This document shows, piece by piece, positions 1 to 12,156 of a stretch of 64,000 nt of DNA. Made by a program: the position numbers and the translations under genes. Position 1 is the stretch's first letter, and each line of letters opens with the position of its first letter. A model generated the notes under the pieces. The model saw nothing but the letters and a program-made list of their open reading frames with translations, did not search any database and had not been told where the DNA came from. Source of the DNA: Squalus acanthias (lineage: Eukaryota); the NCBI GenBank assembly GCA_030390025.1, contig CM059437.1, positions 54,622,001 through 54,686,000 of the forward strand. The letters are read 5' to 3'.

Positions 1-418
1 AATTAACCACTTTAAACAAAAAATTTAATTTTTGAAAAAATTTAAAATCTTTTTAAAAGTTATAAAAATAAACTTACCTTTCTTTAAAGTCTCTAAAAAG
101 ATAAACCTGTTGAAAAAAAATTAAAATAACACTTAATTAACTACTTACCTTGTTAAAAGGGGGTCCTACGCCTGCTTTCTTTGTGTGTAAAATCTTCACC
201 ACTTACCTGCGCGTTCAAAGCTGAAAAAAAAACTAAGTGCACTGCATGCGCACAGCCTGTAGCGCGCACGCAGTTCACTTAGGAACCGTCCCCTTTTCAA
301 TTCACGAAGTGCCGGTTTCCCACACATGCGCAGTGCATGCAGGAAACCGGCAATTCGGGATCAAATACGCGAGAGTACACAGTGCGTACTCTCGCGTATT
401 AGGTTTAATTTTCGGGCC
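1..418. mobile_element. Right-hand part of a non-autonomous DNA transposon (Harbinger-like terminus), truncated by the window edge
   Basis: Ends in AATTTTCGGGCC (rc GGCCCGAAAATT) followed by ATT at 419-421. The paralogous site in copy B (ATTAT-ATT-AAGTCGG, ~39951-39965) is empty. Three subterminal hairpins lie at 233-292, 311-351 and 364-400. Confidence 0.6.
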
Positions 419-420
419 AT

Positions 421-1340
421 TAAGTCGGTGTCCATTGGTTAGCGACCCTCCTCTCAGTGAAAATGCTTACTTTTTATTTACCCCTCATAATTTTGAACAC
501 CAATACTAAATCGACCTTTAACTTGCTCTGATCTAAGGAGAACAATCCTACCTTCTCTAGTCTCGCCACATAATTGAAGTCCCTCATCTCTTGTACTATT
601 CTGGTAATCTCCTCTGCACCCTGTCCAAGGCCTCGACATCAACTCTAAACTGAGGTGCCTAGAATTGGACACAATACTCCAGCTGAGGCTTAACCAGTGG
701 TTTGTAAAGATTTAGCATAACTTCCTTGCGTTTGTACTCTATACAGCTTTGTATAAAAACAAGTATCCCCTATAAATTTTTAACAGCATTATCAACTTGT
801 CCTGCCGCCTTCAAATATTCCTGTATGCAAAACCCCACGTATCTCTGTTCCTGCACCCCATTTAAAATTGTACCATTTAATTTATATTGGTTCTCTTCAT
901 CATTCCTTTTAAAATGCTATCAATTTGTAATTCACTGCATTAAATTTAATCTGCACTGTGCCTTCACATTTCGCCCATCTGTCTATGCCCTCTTACTGTC
1001 TGTGACTATCCTCCTCACTGTTTATTGCATTTCCAAGTTATGTGTCATCTGCAAACTTTGAAAGTATGCCCCCTATACTCAAGTCCAGGTCAATAATGTA
1101 CTTCAAAAAGAGCATTAGTTCTAATACAGACCCCTGGTTGATGCCACTGTACACTTCCCTCCAATCTGAAAAACAACCGTTCACCACTACCCTCTGCTTT
1201 CTATTTCTTAGGCAATTTAGTGTCCAGGCTGCCACTACCCAATTAATCCCATGGGCTTCAATTTTGCTAACAAGTCTATTATGTGGCAGTTTAACAAACG
1301 CCTTTTCAAAGTCTATATACACATCATCAACCGCACTACT
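421..1340 (-). mobile_element. Degenerate CR1 LINE ORF2 3' fragment
   Basis: Translation 1038-1439 contains YIDFEKAFVKLPHNRL and QGSVLE...SKFADDT, which are RT motifs. Paralog at ~39700-40880. Confidence 0.85.
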
Positions 1341-1539
1341 CTCAGTCTGATCATTATTACATATTCGCAATGAGAGCAACATAACATTATTATGATATCT
1401 ATCTGACTTCTTACAGAGATCAGTATCAACAAAGAACACTAAAGGGATACAGATTATGTGATTAGTGTAAAAGTGAATGTTAAAACCATGATACTTTGCT
1501 GGACTGGTTTCAGTAAAAAGTGCCAGTGGAAGTGTAATT

Positions 1540-4500
1540 ACATAAGAACAAAACGTAAGAAAGAGGAGAAGGAGTAGGCCATTTGACCTTTGAGCCTGCT
1601 CCGCAGTTCAAGAAGATCATGGCTGATATTCTACCTCATCACCATATTCCTGCACTATCCCCATATCCCTTGATTCCATTAATACTCAAAAATCTATCGA
1701 TCTCTGTCTTGAATATACTCAACGACTGTGCCTCCACAGCACTCTGGGGTAGAGAATTCCGATGATTCATCACCCTCTGAGTGGGAGAAATTCCCCCCTC
1801 ATCTGAGTCCTAAATGGCCTAAAACTTATTCTGAGACTGTGACCCCTAGTTCTAGATGCCCCAGGAGGGGAAACATCCTCCCTGCATCTACCCTGTCAAG
1901 CCGTGTAAGAATTTATATGGTTCAATTACATCACCTCTCATGCTTCTAAACTATGTATGCAAAGTATGTAAAAAGAAAAAGATTAGTGAAGACAAATGTA
2001 GGTCCCTTACAGTCAGAAACGGGAAAATTTATAATGGGGAACAAGTAAATGGCTGAGCAATTAAACAAATACTTTGGTTCTGTCTTCACAGAAGAGGACA
2101 CAAACAACTTTCCAAAAATGCTAGGGAACCAAGGGTCTACTGAAAAGGAGGAATTAAAGGAAATTAGTATTAGCAAAAAATAGTGCTGCAGAAATTAATA
2201 AGACTGAAAGCCGATAAATCCCTAGGGACTGATAATCTGCATCCCAGAGTACTAAAAGAGGTAGCCATGGAAATAGTGAATGCATTGGTTGTCATCTTCC
2301 AAAATTCTATAGGTTATGGAACATTTCCTTCAGATTGGAGGGTGGCAAAGGTAACCCCACTATTTAAAAAAGGAGATAAAGTCAAAACAGGGAACTACAG
2401 ACTGGTTAGCCTAACATCAGTATTGGGAAAAATGCTAGATTCTATTATAAAGGATGTGATAACAGGACACTTAGAAAATATCAACGGGATTAGACAAAGT
2501 CAACATGGATTTGTGAAAAAGAAATCGTGTTTGACAAACCTACTGGAGATTTTTGAGGATATTTCTGGTAGAATAGATAAGGGAAAACGAGTGGATGTGG
2601 TGTATTTGAATTTTCAGAAGGCCTTTGATAAAGTCACACATAAGAGGTTAGTGTGCAAAACTTAAGCACATGTGATTGGGTGTAATATACTGGCATTGAT
2701 TGAAAATTGGTTAACAAACAGGAAACAGAGAGTAGGAATAAATGGGTCTTTTTCGAGGTGGCAGACGGTGACTAGTGGGGTTCCGCAGGGATCAGTGCTT
2801 GGGCCCCAGCTATTCACAATATATATCAATGATTTGGATGAGGGAACCAAATGTAATATATCCAAGTTTGCTGACGACACGAAACTAGGTGGGATTGTGA
2901 GTTGTGAGGAGGATGCAAAGAGGGTTCAAGGTGATTTAAACAAGTTGAGTGAGTGGGCAAATACATGGCAGATGCAGTATAACGTGGATAAATGTGAAGT
3001 TATCCAATTCGGTAGGAAAAACAGAAAGGCAGAGTATTATTTAAATGATGATAGATTGGGAACTGTTAACGTACAGATGGACGTGGGTGTCCTTGTACAC
3101 CAGTCACTAAAAGCAAACATGCAGGTGTAGCAAGCAGTTAGGAAGGCAAATGGTATGTTGGCCTTCATTGCAAGAGGATTTGAGTACAGGAGCAAGGATG
3201 TCTTACTACAGTTATACAGGGCTTTGGTGAGACCACACCTGGAGTACCGTGTGCAGTTTTGGTCTTCTTACCGAATAAAGGATATACTTGCCATAGAGGG
3301 AGTGCAGCGAAAGTTCACCAGACTGAGCCTGTGATGGCAGGACTGGCGTATGAGGAGAGATTGGGTCGACTAGGCCTGTATTCATTAGAATTTAAACGAA
3401 TGAGAGGGAACTCATTGAAACGTATAGAACTCTGACAGGGCTAGAGAGACTGAATACAGGGGGGATGTATCCCCTGGCTGGAGGGTCTAGAACGAGGGGT
3501 CACAGTCTCAGGATATGTGATAAGATATTTAGGACTGAGATGAGGAGAAATTTTTTCACTCAGACGGTGGTGAACCAGTGGAATTTTCTACAACAGAAGG
3601 CTGTGGAGGCCAAGTCACTGAATATATTTAAGAAGGAGATAGATAGATTTCTAGACACAAAATGCATCAAGGGGTATGGGGAGAGAGCGGGAATATGGTA
3701 TTGAGATAGAGCATCAGCCATGATCATATTGAATGGTGTAGCAGGCTCGAAAGGCCGAATGGCCTACTCCTGCTCCTATTTTTCTAACTCTAGAGAATAT
3801 AGGCCTAGTCTACTCAATCTCTCCTCATAGGACAATCCCCCCATCACAGGAACCAGTCTGGTGAAACTTCGTTGCCCTCCCTCTATGGCAAGTATATCCT
3901 TTCTTAGGTAAGGGGACCAGAACAGTACACAATACTCCAGGTGTGGTCTCAACAGGGCCCTGCATAATTGCAGTAAGATGTCTTTACTCTTATACTCAAA
4001 TCCTCGTGTAATAAAGCCCAACATACCATTTGCTTTCCTAATTGCTTGCTGTACCTGCATGTTAACTTTTGTGATTCGTGTACAAGGACACCCAGGTCCC
4101 ACTAAAGCTCAACATTTCCCAATCTATTACCATTTTAAAAATACTCTGCATTTCTATTTTTCCTACCGAAGTGGATAATTTCACATTTCTCCACCTTATA
4201 TTCCATTTCCATGTTCTTCCCCACTCACTTAGCCTGTCTATATCCCCTTGAAGCCTCTTTGCATCCTCCTCAATACTTACATTCCCACCCATCTTTGTAT
4301 CATCAGCAAACTTGAATATATTACATTTGGTCCCCTCATCCAAATCATTGATGTAGATTGTAAATAGCTGAGGCCCAAGCACTGATCCCTGTGGCACCCC
4401 ACTAGTTACAGCCTGCCAGTCCAAAAATGACCCGTTTATTCCTACGCTCTGTTTTCTGTCCGTTAACCAATCCTCAATCCATGCTAGTATATTGCCCCCA

Positions 4501-5880
4501 ATCCCATAAGCTCTAATTTTCTTTAATAACCTCTTGTGTGGCACCTTATCGAATGCCTTCTGAAAATCCAAATACACCACATCCACTGTATCCCCCATAT
4601 CTATTCCATTATTTACAACCTCAAACAACTCTAACAGATTTGTCAAACACGATTTCCCATTCATAAATCCGTGTTGACTCGGCCCAATCCTATTATTATT
4701 TTCAAAGTGCCCTGTTCCCACGTCCTTAACAATAGATTCTAACATTTTCCCAACTACTGGTGTCAGGCTAACTGGTCTGTAGTTCCCCGTTTTCTTCCTC
4801 CCCCACTTTCATAAATAGTGGGATTACATATGTTACCGTCCAACCCGTGGGAACCATTCTAGAATCTATGAAATTTTGGAAAATGACAACAAATGCATCC
4901 ACTATCTCTATAGCCACCTCATTCAAAACCCTAGGATATAAACCATCAGGTCCAGAGGATATATCAGCTTTCAGTCCCATTAATTTCTCCAGCACTATTT
5001 TGTTACTAATACTAATTTATTTCAGTTCCTCATTCTCGCTGGAGCCTTGGTTCTCCACTATTTCATGGAAGTTTTTTGCGTCCTTTACTACATGGTTATT
5101 AATTAACCCTTTCTCGTTGCACAATACTACATCTAAAATGACCTGTACCCTAGTTGGTTCCTCAACATACTGATCTAGAAATCTATCTTGCATACATTCC
5201 ATGAATTCGTCCTCCACACTATTACTGCAAATTTGGTTTGCCCAGTCTATATGTAGATTAAAGTTCCCCCTGTATTACCCTTGTTGCATGCACCTCTAAT
5301 TTACTGATTCATACACTGCCCTACATTACAACTATGGTTTGGAGGCCTACAAACAACTGCCACCATTGTTTTCTGCTCCTTGCTGTTTCTTAGCTCCACC
5401 TAAACTGATTCTACTTCTTGATTTTCGGAGCTAAGATCCTTTCTCTCTACTGTCTTTATCCCATCCTTTATTATCAGGGCTACGCCTCCTCCTTTCCCAT
5501 TTTCTTCTAAAAGTTACTTATCCTTGAATAATCAGTTTCCAACCTTCGTCACTTTGCAACCATGTCCCCGTTATGTCGATTCGATCAAACCTGTTAATTT
5601 CTATCTGCGCGATTAATACATCTATTTTGTTGGGAATGCTTCGCGCATGCAGATATAGTCACTTTAGCTTTGACTTATTTCTATTTTTCCCTGATGTCAC
5701 CTAAGTCACAGATGCCTTCTTACCTTTGTTACTCTCTCTGACCCTTCCTGACCCACTCTGCTTATTTTTATCCAAAACTCTACTCTGCTCTAGAGCCGTG
5801 ACATTTCTCTCGCTGCTGTTAATTTACACTTTCCTGAAGCCTCCCACCCACCCCCCTTCATTAGTTTAAAGCCCGGTCTA
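1540..5880 (-). mobile_element. Degenerate CR1 LINE (ORF1 end to 3' tail) interrupted by a second CR1
   Basis: 3' tail and UTR at 1540-1950. RT fragments at 3776-4995 (DFQKAFDKVPH, QGSVLGPQLF, KFADDT). Endonuclease and ORF1-end remnants extend to ~5880. The sequence resumes at ~3785 where it stopped at ~1950. Confidence 0.85.
1950..3785 (+). mobile_element. 5'-truncated CR1 LINE nested in the opposite-strand CR1
   Basis: ORF2 fragments at 2183-2665, 2672-3130 and 3465-3704 carry RT motifs and the C-terminal GYGERAGIWY. Several in-frame stops. The 3' UTR ends at ~3785. Confidence 0.9.
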
Positions 5881-6189
5881 CTGCCCTACTTATTAGGTTC
5901 CCCAGGACACAGATCCCAGTCCGGTTTACTTCCATTCTGAGTTATTGCACGTAGCACCTTCCTTGGTGTTAAGAATCGCTGAACACGGATCAAAAGGAAT
6001 GGAATCTTATTGAAACAGAAATCTTGCAAAGCCTGAATTCGCATCACGCAAATACCTGGACAACCACATTGTGTCACTGAATCTGTGTCAGCAGATGATT
6101 AATTAAAACGTAAATTATGCTCATCCAATTATTGCCAGAAACAGAAGGACACGCTAGTCAGTCCCTTATCTACACGGATTGTTGAACGA

Positions 6190-8075
6190 CACTAAAACAG
6201 ATTATCTGGTCATTATCACATTGCTGTTTGTGACATAAAGGATTCGGACTGGGGAAGCGGAAAAACAATTTTTAAAAATTGCAGATGACACCAATTGGGG
6301 GATATATTTGATACTGAAGAATACTGTGACAAAATACCAGATGTTAGTAAACTTGCAGAATAGGCGTGTAAATGGTGAATGGATTACATTGCAGATAAGT
6401 ATGAGGTGGTGCTTTCTGGTCGGGGGAATAAGAAGGCCACAAACCCCTTGGAAAATAAGGGGGAAAAATTCAGTTGGTTGCGCCTCCCATTAGCGCCTTA
6501 AGAGGGCGCTAATGGGGCGCAAAGCAGCTCACGCCCAGGTGCGGCGAAGTTTGCGCCGCTTGCGAAATTAACTAGACATTTTGTGGCGGCGCTAAACACT
6601 ACCGCCACGATCTCCTGCGCCAGCAGATCGTGACATCAGTCGAGTGCGCAATGCCCCGGTATTGCCCCGGAGCGGATATTGGATGGCGCCCCCTGCCTTA
6701 CCACCTGACGCTAGCAACGACAGGTTGAGGGGAGCATTCTGCAGTCATGAAGGGAAAGGGGGAGCGCTATTTAAAGGTGACCGCTTCCTGCCTTTTATTG
6801 TTGGTGCCATTTTTTAACTACGCATTCTGAGAGAGAGAGAGAGAGAGAGACTTCTGGAGAGATTCAATGTTGTGTGAAGGAGTTTTGGGTACTGAGCAGC
6901 ACTTTGCAGGTTCATTTTGATTTGCCATTCCTTGTATCGATTTAGAAGAGAGTGTGGGGGCTGCACTCTGAGCTCTTTGCCTGGTACTCTCCATTGTTCT
7001 TTCCAGCAGATTTGATGTGCAGGTCTCTCCAGGCCGAGATTCAAGGCTGCAATGAGCAGGATGTGGATAGAAAGCAAGATTAACCATCCCCTTTAAGAAC
7101 TGGCCCGTGCCATTGTGTGTGTGTTCCATTGCTGACTGACATTACATGAACTTCGCCAGCGGTCTGAGGTAGCGCCTCGCTCCTTGGCCTTTGCGCCTGA
7201 ACACAGGTGTGAAGCGCCTGATTTAGCGCTCCAATCACCTCCAGGGGTGATAAAAGTCAAGTTTGCAGTCAGTGGCGATAATTAGCGCCAAGCGTTAATC
7301 TTTGCGCCCGGCCGACAATTGCGCCCCAAATGGGGCGATAATGAATTTCTCCCACTAAGAGTCTAAATGGAGTAAAGGAGCAAAGGGATCTAGGGGTATA
7401 AATACACAAATCATTAAAAAATTGCAACGCAAGTTAGCAAGGCCATAACAAATGCAAACAAAGCACTGTGGTTTATTTTCAGAGGAATGGAATTGAAAAG
7501 CAGGGAATTTATGTGAAACTTGTCTAGAACTTTGGTTAGACCACACTTAAAAGTGTGTACAGTTCCGATCTCCATATTACAAAAAGGATATAGGCACTGG
7601 AGAAAGTGCAAAAAAGATTTATAAGGATGATACCAGAACTGCGAGGTTATAACTGTCACGAAGGACTGGTCAGGTAGGTGCTCTTTTCCCTAGAAACTAA
7701 AGGCTGAGGGGTGAACTAATAGAGGTCTTTAAATTTATGAAGGGGTTTGATACCATAGAGTAGAGGAGATGTTTCCGTTTTTGGGGCGTCCAAAACTGGG
7801 CGCCATAAATATGATTGTCACTAATAAATCCAATAAAGAATTCAGGAGAAACTTCTTTCCCAAGAGTGTAGCTATCGCATGGAGTACTTGAGGCGAATAG
7901 CACAAACGTCTTTAATATGAATCTAACTACATCCATGAGGTTGAAAGGAATAGAAGGATATGCAGATAGGCTTAGATGAAATAGGTTAGGAGAAGGCTCA
8001 TGTGGAGCAGAAACACCGTCACAGACCAGTTGGGCCTGATGGCCTGTGCTGTAAATTCTATGTAATTCTATGAAT
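6190..8075 (+). mobile_element. Old CR1 ORF2 3' fragment, split by a Harbinger non-autonomous copy in A
   Basis: Degenerate TTGCAGATGACAC (ADD motif), TTGGTTAGACCACAC, and a (TTCTATG)-type tail at ~8055-8075. Uninterrupted paralog at ~47760-48745. Confidence 0.7.
6459..7355 (+). mobile_element. Non-autonomous Harbinger element (divergent subfamily), 897 bp
   Basis: Imperfect TIRs GGGGGAAAAATTCA / TGAATTTCTCCCAC. TAA TSD at 6456-6458 and 7356-7358. Single TAA at the empty site 48027-48029. Confidence 0.93.
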
Positions 8076-8479
8076 TTAAACAAATGTGATTAAAATATAT
8101 ATTGTAAGATATCTTTCCCAAAATGTCAAAATAATACTAATCTATCGTGTCTGCAACCTTGCTATTCCGACTGATTTCACTGACTTGACATACAATGTGC
8201 AGAATGTCATAAAGAACATAACCTCATTATTTCGCCACATTTAAAACATTGCTAAAGATTGGTACAGAGGAATCGGTCAGAAAAGAATAACAGCACCTGA
8301 GATAATGGCAGAGTCATTTTATTACACTACGGTATGTGTAACGTTACACTGAAACTTTGATCAGTTCAGGGTTTACACACTGTAAAATACAAACAGCGGA
8401 ATACAGCCGACAAACTGCACATCTGTTGTGATTTGAAATGTTACACTTAAAGTCAAACATGTACTATCTGAATACGGAA

Positions 8480-8485
8480 TTTATT
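8480..8485 (-). terminator. Polyadenylation signal AATAAA of IgL cluster A
   Basis: TTTATT on + strand, 53 nt past the C-exon stop. Conserved in B (49148-49153). Confidence 0.7.
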
Positions 8486-8537
8486 TTTAAAGAGAATTTA
8501 ATAATGGTATAACAAATTAATACATAAGATTCTTGAA

Positions 8538-8860
8538 TCACATACAGCTGGATCTGGCGATACTTGTTTTAAGCGCGTTTGCCTGAGTCTCGTGTTTAAC
8601 CACACAGGAGTAAAGCTCGTGTGAGTTCCACTCTGAGGCTGGCAGAGTCAGATAACTGCTCACACTGAACGTGTTGTCCGTCTCCTGCTGGACCCGACTG
8701 GTCTCAACACCATTCCCTTTCACACTGCCATCTACAGTCCACTCAATCTCCACAGCGCCCGGGTTAAAACCATTCACCAAACACACCAAAGTCGCCGTGT
8801 TCTTTGCTGCGATTTGATCGGATGAAGGCGGAAGGACAGACACCGAGGGGGCCCGCGGAT
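8538..8860 (-). CDS. IGLC: Ig light chain constant exon, lambda/type II, cluster A
   Basis: Acceptor TTCGTTTCAG at 8870-8861, phase 1. Peptide (N)PRAPSVSVLPPSSDQIAAKNTATLVCLVNGFNPGAVEIEWTVDG...YSCVVKHETQ...SSCM*. C1-set Cys/Trp/Cys and penultimate Cys present. Confidence 0.96.
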
Positions 8861-9265
8861 CTGAAACGAAGAATCCAATTAAAGAAGATCCATACTAAAT
8901 TGAAATAAAAAGTCGGAATCAATGTGTTACTTTCTTCAAATCTTACAATAAAATTCGGCGTCACTTTACAAAGGTGTATGAAATGTAATATAACGTAAGC
9001 ACATTAGTGTCAATTATACAATCACAGGGGCCCGCAGTTCTAGAACGTTTATAACCTGAGAACTTTATCCTATTTTTCCTACATGGAAAGGAACGTGTAA
9101 CAAATACTTCCATGGAAATATGATCCAAACTCTGTGCATATATTATAAATCGAATTTAATATCTGTCCACTAAGACATAATTTTTCTTTCAGTTTTGTAC
9201 TATTTCGTTTCCCCGTTAAACTTTAGCGCGTCATTATAAATGTTTCCACATTTCACAGAGTCATA

Positions 9266-10159
9266 GGGGTAAAAATTCACTTGGTTGCGCCACCTGTTAG
9301 CGCCTTAAGAGGGCGCTAATGAGGCGCAAAGCCACTAACGCCCGGGCGCAGCGATGTTTGCGCCGCTCGAGAACTTAACTTGAGATTGTGCGGCGGCGCT
9401 AAAACTTACCGCTGCGACCACCTGCGCGCGCAGATTGTGACGTCATTCCATGGTGCAACGCCCTTGGGGCGCCCCGTAGCGGAAATTGAGTGGCGCCCCC
9501 TGCCTTACCGCCTGGCGCTTCCAATGACCAGAAGACTGGAACGCTATCAATCGCTGTGGGGCTGGGGGGGGCGCTATTTAAAGGGGGCCTCTTCCTGTCT
9601 TTTATTGTTGGTGGCATTTTTGAACTACGCATTCTGAGAGAGAGAGGGAGAGACTTCTGGAGAGATTCAACGTTGTGTGAAGGAGTTTTTGGGTACTGAG
9701 CAGCACTTTGCAGGTTCATTTTGATTTGCCATTCCTTGTATCGATTTAGCAGAGTCCGTGGGAGCTGCACTCTGAGCTCTTCGCCTGGTGCTCTCCATTG
9801 TTCTTTCCAGCACATTTGATGTGCAAGTCTCTCCAGGTCGAGATTCAAGGCAGCAATGAACAGGATGTGGATGGAAAGCAAGATTAACCATCCCCTTTAA
9901 GAACTGGCCCGTGCCATTGTGAGTGTGTTCCATTGCTGACTGACATTACATGAGCTTCGCCAGCGCTCCGAGTTAGCGCCTCACTGCTCGGCCTTTGCGC
10001 CTTAAGAGAGGTGTGCAGCGCCTGCTTTAGCGCTCCACTCACCTCCCGGGGCGGTAAAAGTGAAGTTTCCTGTCAGTGCCGATAATTAGCGCCAGGCGCT
10101 AATATTTGCGTCCGGACGATATTTGCGCCCCAAATGGGGCGCGACCTAATTTCTACCCC
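9266..10159 (+). mobile_element. Non-autonomous Harbinger element in the J-C intron, 894 bp
   Basis: TIRs GGGGTAAAAATT / AATTTCTACCCC. ATA TSD at 9263-9265 and 10160-10162. Empty site GAGTCATGGAATCTC at ~49926-49940. Both ends match 22467-26662. Confidence 0.95.
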
Positions 10160-10162
10160 ATA

Positions 10163-10640
10163 AAATCTCACAGCACAGGCGTCCATTCGACCCATCGTGC
10201 CTTTGCCGGCTGTTTGAAAGAGCTTTCCAATTAGTCCCACCGCCCCCCGCCCCCCGCCCCTTCTCCTTCCCCATAGCCCTGCACATTTTTCCTTTCCAAG
10301 TATTTATCCAATTCCCTTTTAAATGTTACTATTGAATCTGCTTCCACCACCCTTTCAGGTAGTGCATCCCAGTTCATAACAACTTGCTGTGTGACAAATT
10401 TCTCCTCATCTCCACCATGCTTCTTTTGCCAATTACCAGCTAGTGCAAAAAGTTGCTCCTTATCTGCTCTATCAAAACCCTTCATAATTTAGAACACCTC
10501 GTTAAATCTCCCTTTAATCTTCTCTGCTCTAAGGAGAACAATCCCAGTTTCTCTAGTCTCTCTATTTAACTGAAGTTCCTCATCTCTGGTACGACGGGTA
10601 CCATAAATCCCTTCTGCATCCCCTCCAAGACGTTGACATC
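10163..10640 (-). mobile_element. CR1 3' fragment in the J-C intron
   Basis: Translation WDALPERVVEADSIVTFKRELDKYL...GYGE is a CR1 ORF2 C-terminus. The tail repeat is split by the Harbinger copy. Paralog at ~49922-50390. Confidence 0.85.
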
Positions 10641-11330
10641 ACATTTGTGAAAGAACATGGTCAGAAAATATTTTGTTTAAATATCACTGAGCACACAGTA
10701 TTACATCGAAATTAAGGTCCTACTCAATCTGCCATAGACATTGTGTCTCAGGAGCTGCGATTTAAAGAGAATGTAAAAAGCAATAAAGCCGAATTTGGGA
10801 TAAATATTGGAACCAATAGTGACTACAAAGATACTGTAATGTTCAGCTCAAACACGCTAATGAATTTACTAATAAGCTCGATTCGTGCTTCTTTCTCAAA
10901 TATTGCACTACTTTTGACGAAAATATTGGACTAATATCTGGGCTTGTGTACCATCACTGCTATGGCCGCTCTGCTCGGCTCGAAATAGCTGTTTGGAGAC
11001 ATCTTCGGGGTCAGTGTGTCACAAAAGATGTCATTAAAGAGAAACAGGCTACAACAAATAACGGCTGTTATTGTGAATAACATTATCCCAATAATAACAT
11101 CAATATGAAAGTAATGCCAATAATATTAAATATTAATACTCCTGTGATAAAACAATGACATATAACCCAGTGTAAGAATGTTGAAGCCGGACTGTCATCA
11201 TCTCCTGACTCTTTAGATGACCATTCGCGCCGAACATATGTTACAAGCACCAGCTGTCAATAACAAACCCTCGATAAATGCTTTATGTAATGTAAAGCAC
11301 CGAAGAAAAAACTTAAACGTATATTTTTTT

Positions 11331-12156
11331 CATTAAAGCACTGCCGCGATTTAATAAAATGGTAGAATTAGAGGCGGGGTCGCTTCAAATGGTTCTGGCA
11401 TTGAGGCATCACGTCAGCTGCAGCGGCGCGTCTCACTAATACCAGGTTTGCGCGGATCGGTTTAAGAATCTATTGCTATTCTGAGGCGTTCGCCTTGGAA
11501 CCCAGAACTTCCCTTTGCTTTCTATACAATTTGGAGGCTGAAACTGGGAGAAGTCCGGAAGAACCACCAACCCCTATTGTCACAGTTGGTATAATCCCCC
11601 GGCAGCGCCCGGAGTTTAGCTGAACTTTCTGGTACTGAAATATCTGGAGTCCCGTGGGATTATTCAACAGGTTTTACTGCCAGTTTAAATTATTGTCGAA
11701 ACGCTAAGACTTTGACATTTGTACCGGAGATGTATCCTTAATGTAACAACTGATAATATAAATGAAGATTTTTGCTGTTTCATGATAGCTAATTTCACCC
11801 TGATGTAGTCGAATAACCACGTCAAATAGCGATAGAGTATCCACATTTTTGATAATATTACTCCACTGACTAAATCTAATCACACAACCTATGCAAAGCG
11901 TAATGGAGTGAGTATAAGTGCGGGTACAAAAATCAGAAAAGCTATTTCGAGACATTATTCACACAAAATTATCGATAGGAAGATAAAAAACCCATAACTT
12001 GTTAAAAATAGATACCCTGACAATTGGAAGAATCATGTACTGAATGGTTTTCACTCAGTTATGAGACGAGTGGGAGAGAGTTACAACAAGTCGCTACAGT
12101 ATCATCCCGCAGTCTCAATCCGAGAATGATGATTAAATCGCGGCAGTGCTTTAATG
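11331..12156. repeat. Perfect 25-bp inverted repeat pair CATTAAAGCACTGCCGCGATTTAAT in the J-C intron (possible TTAA-flanked Kolobok/T2-like element)
   Basis: 11331-11355 is the exact reverse complement of 12132-12156. The identical pair in B is at 51084-51108 and 51891-51915. Confidence 0.85.
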
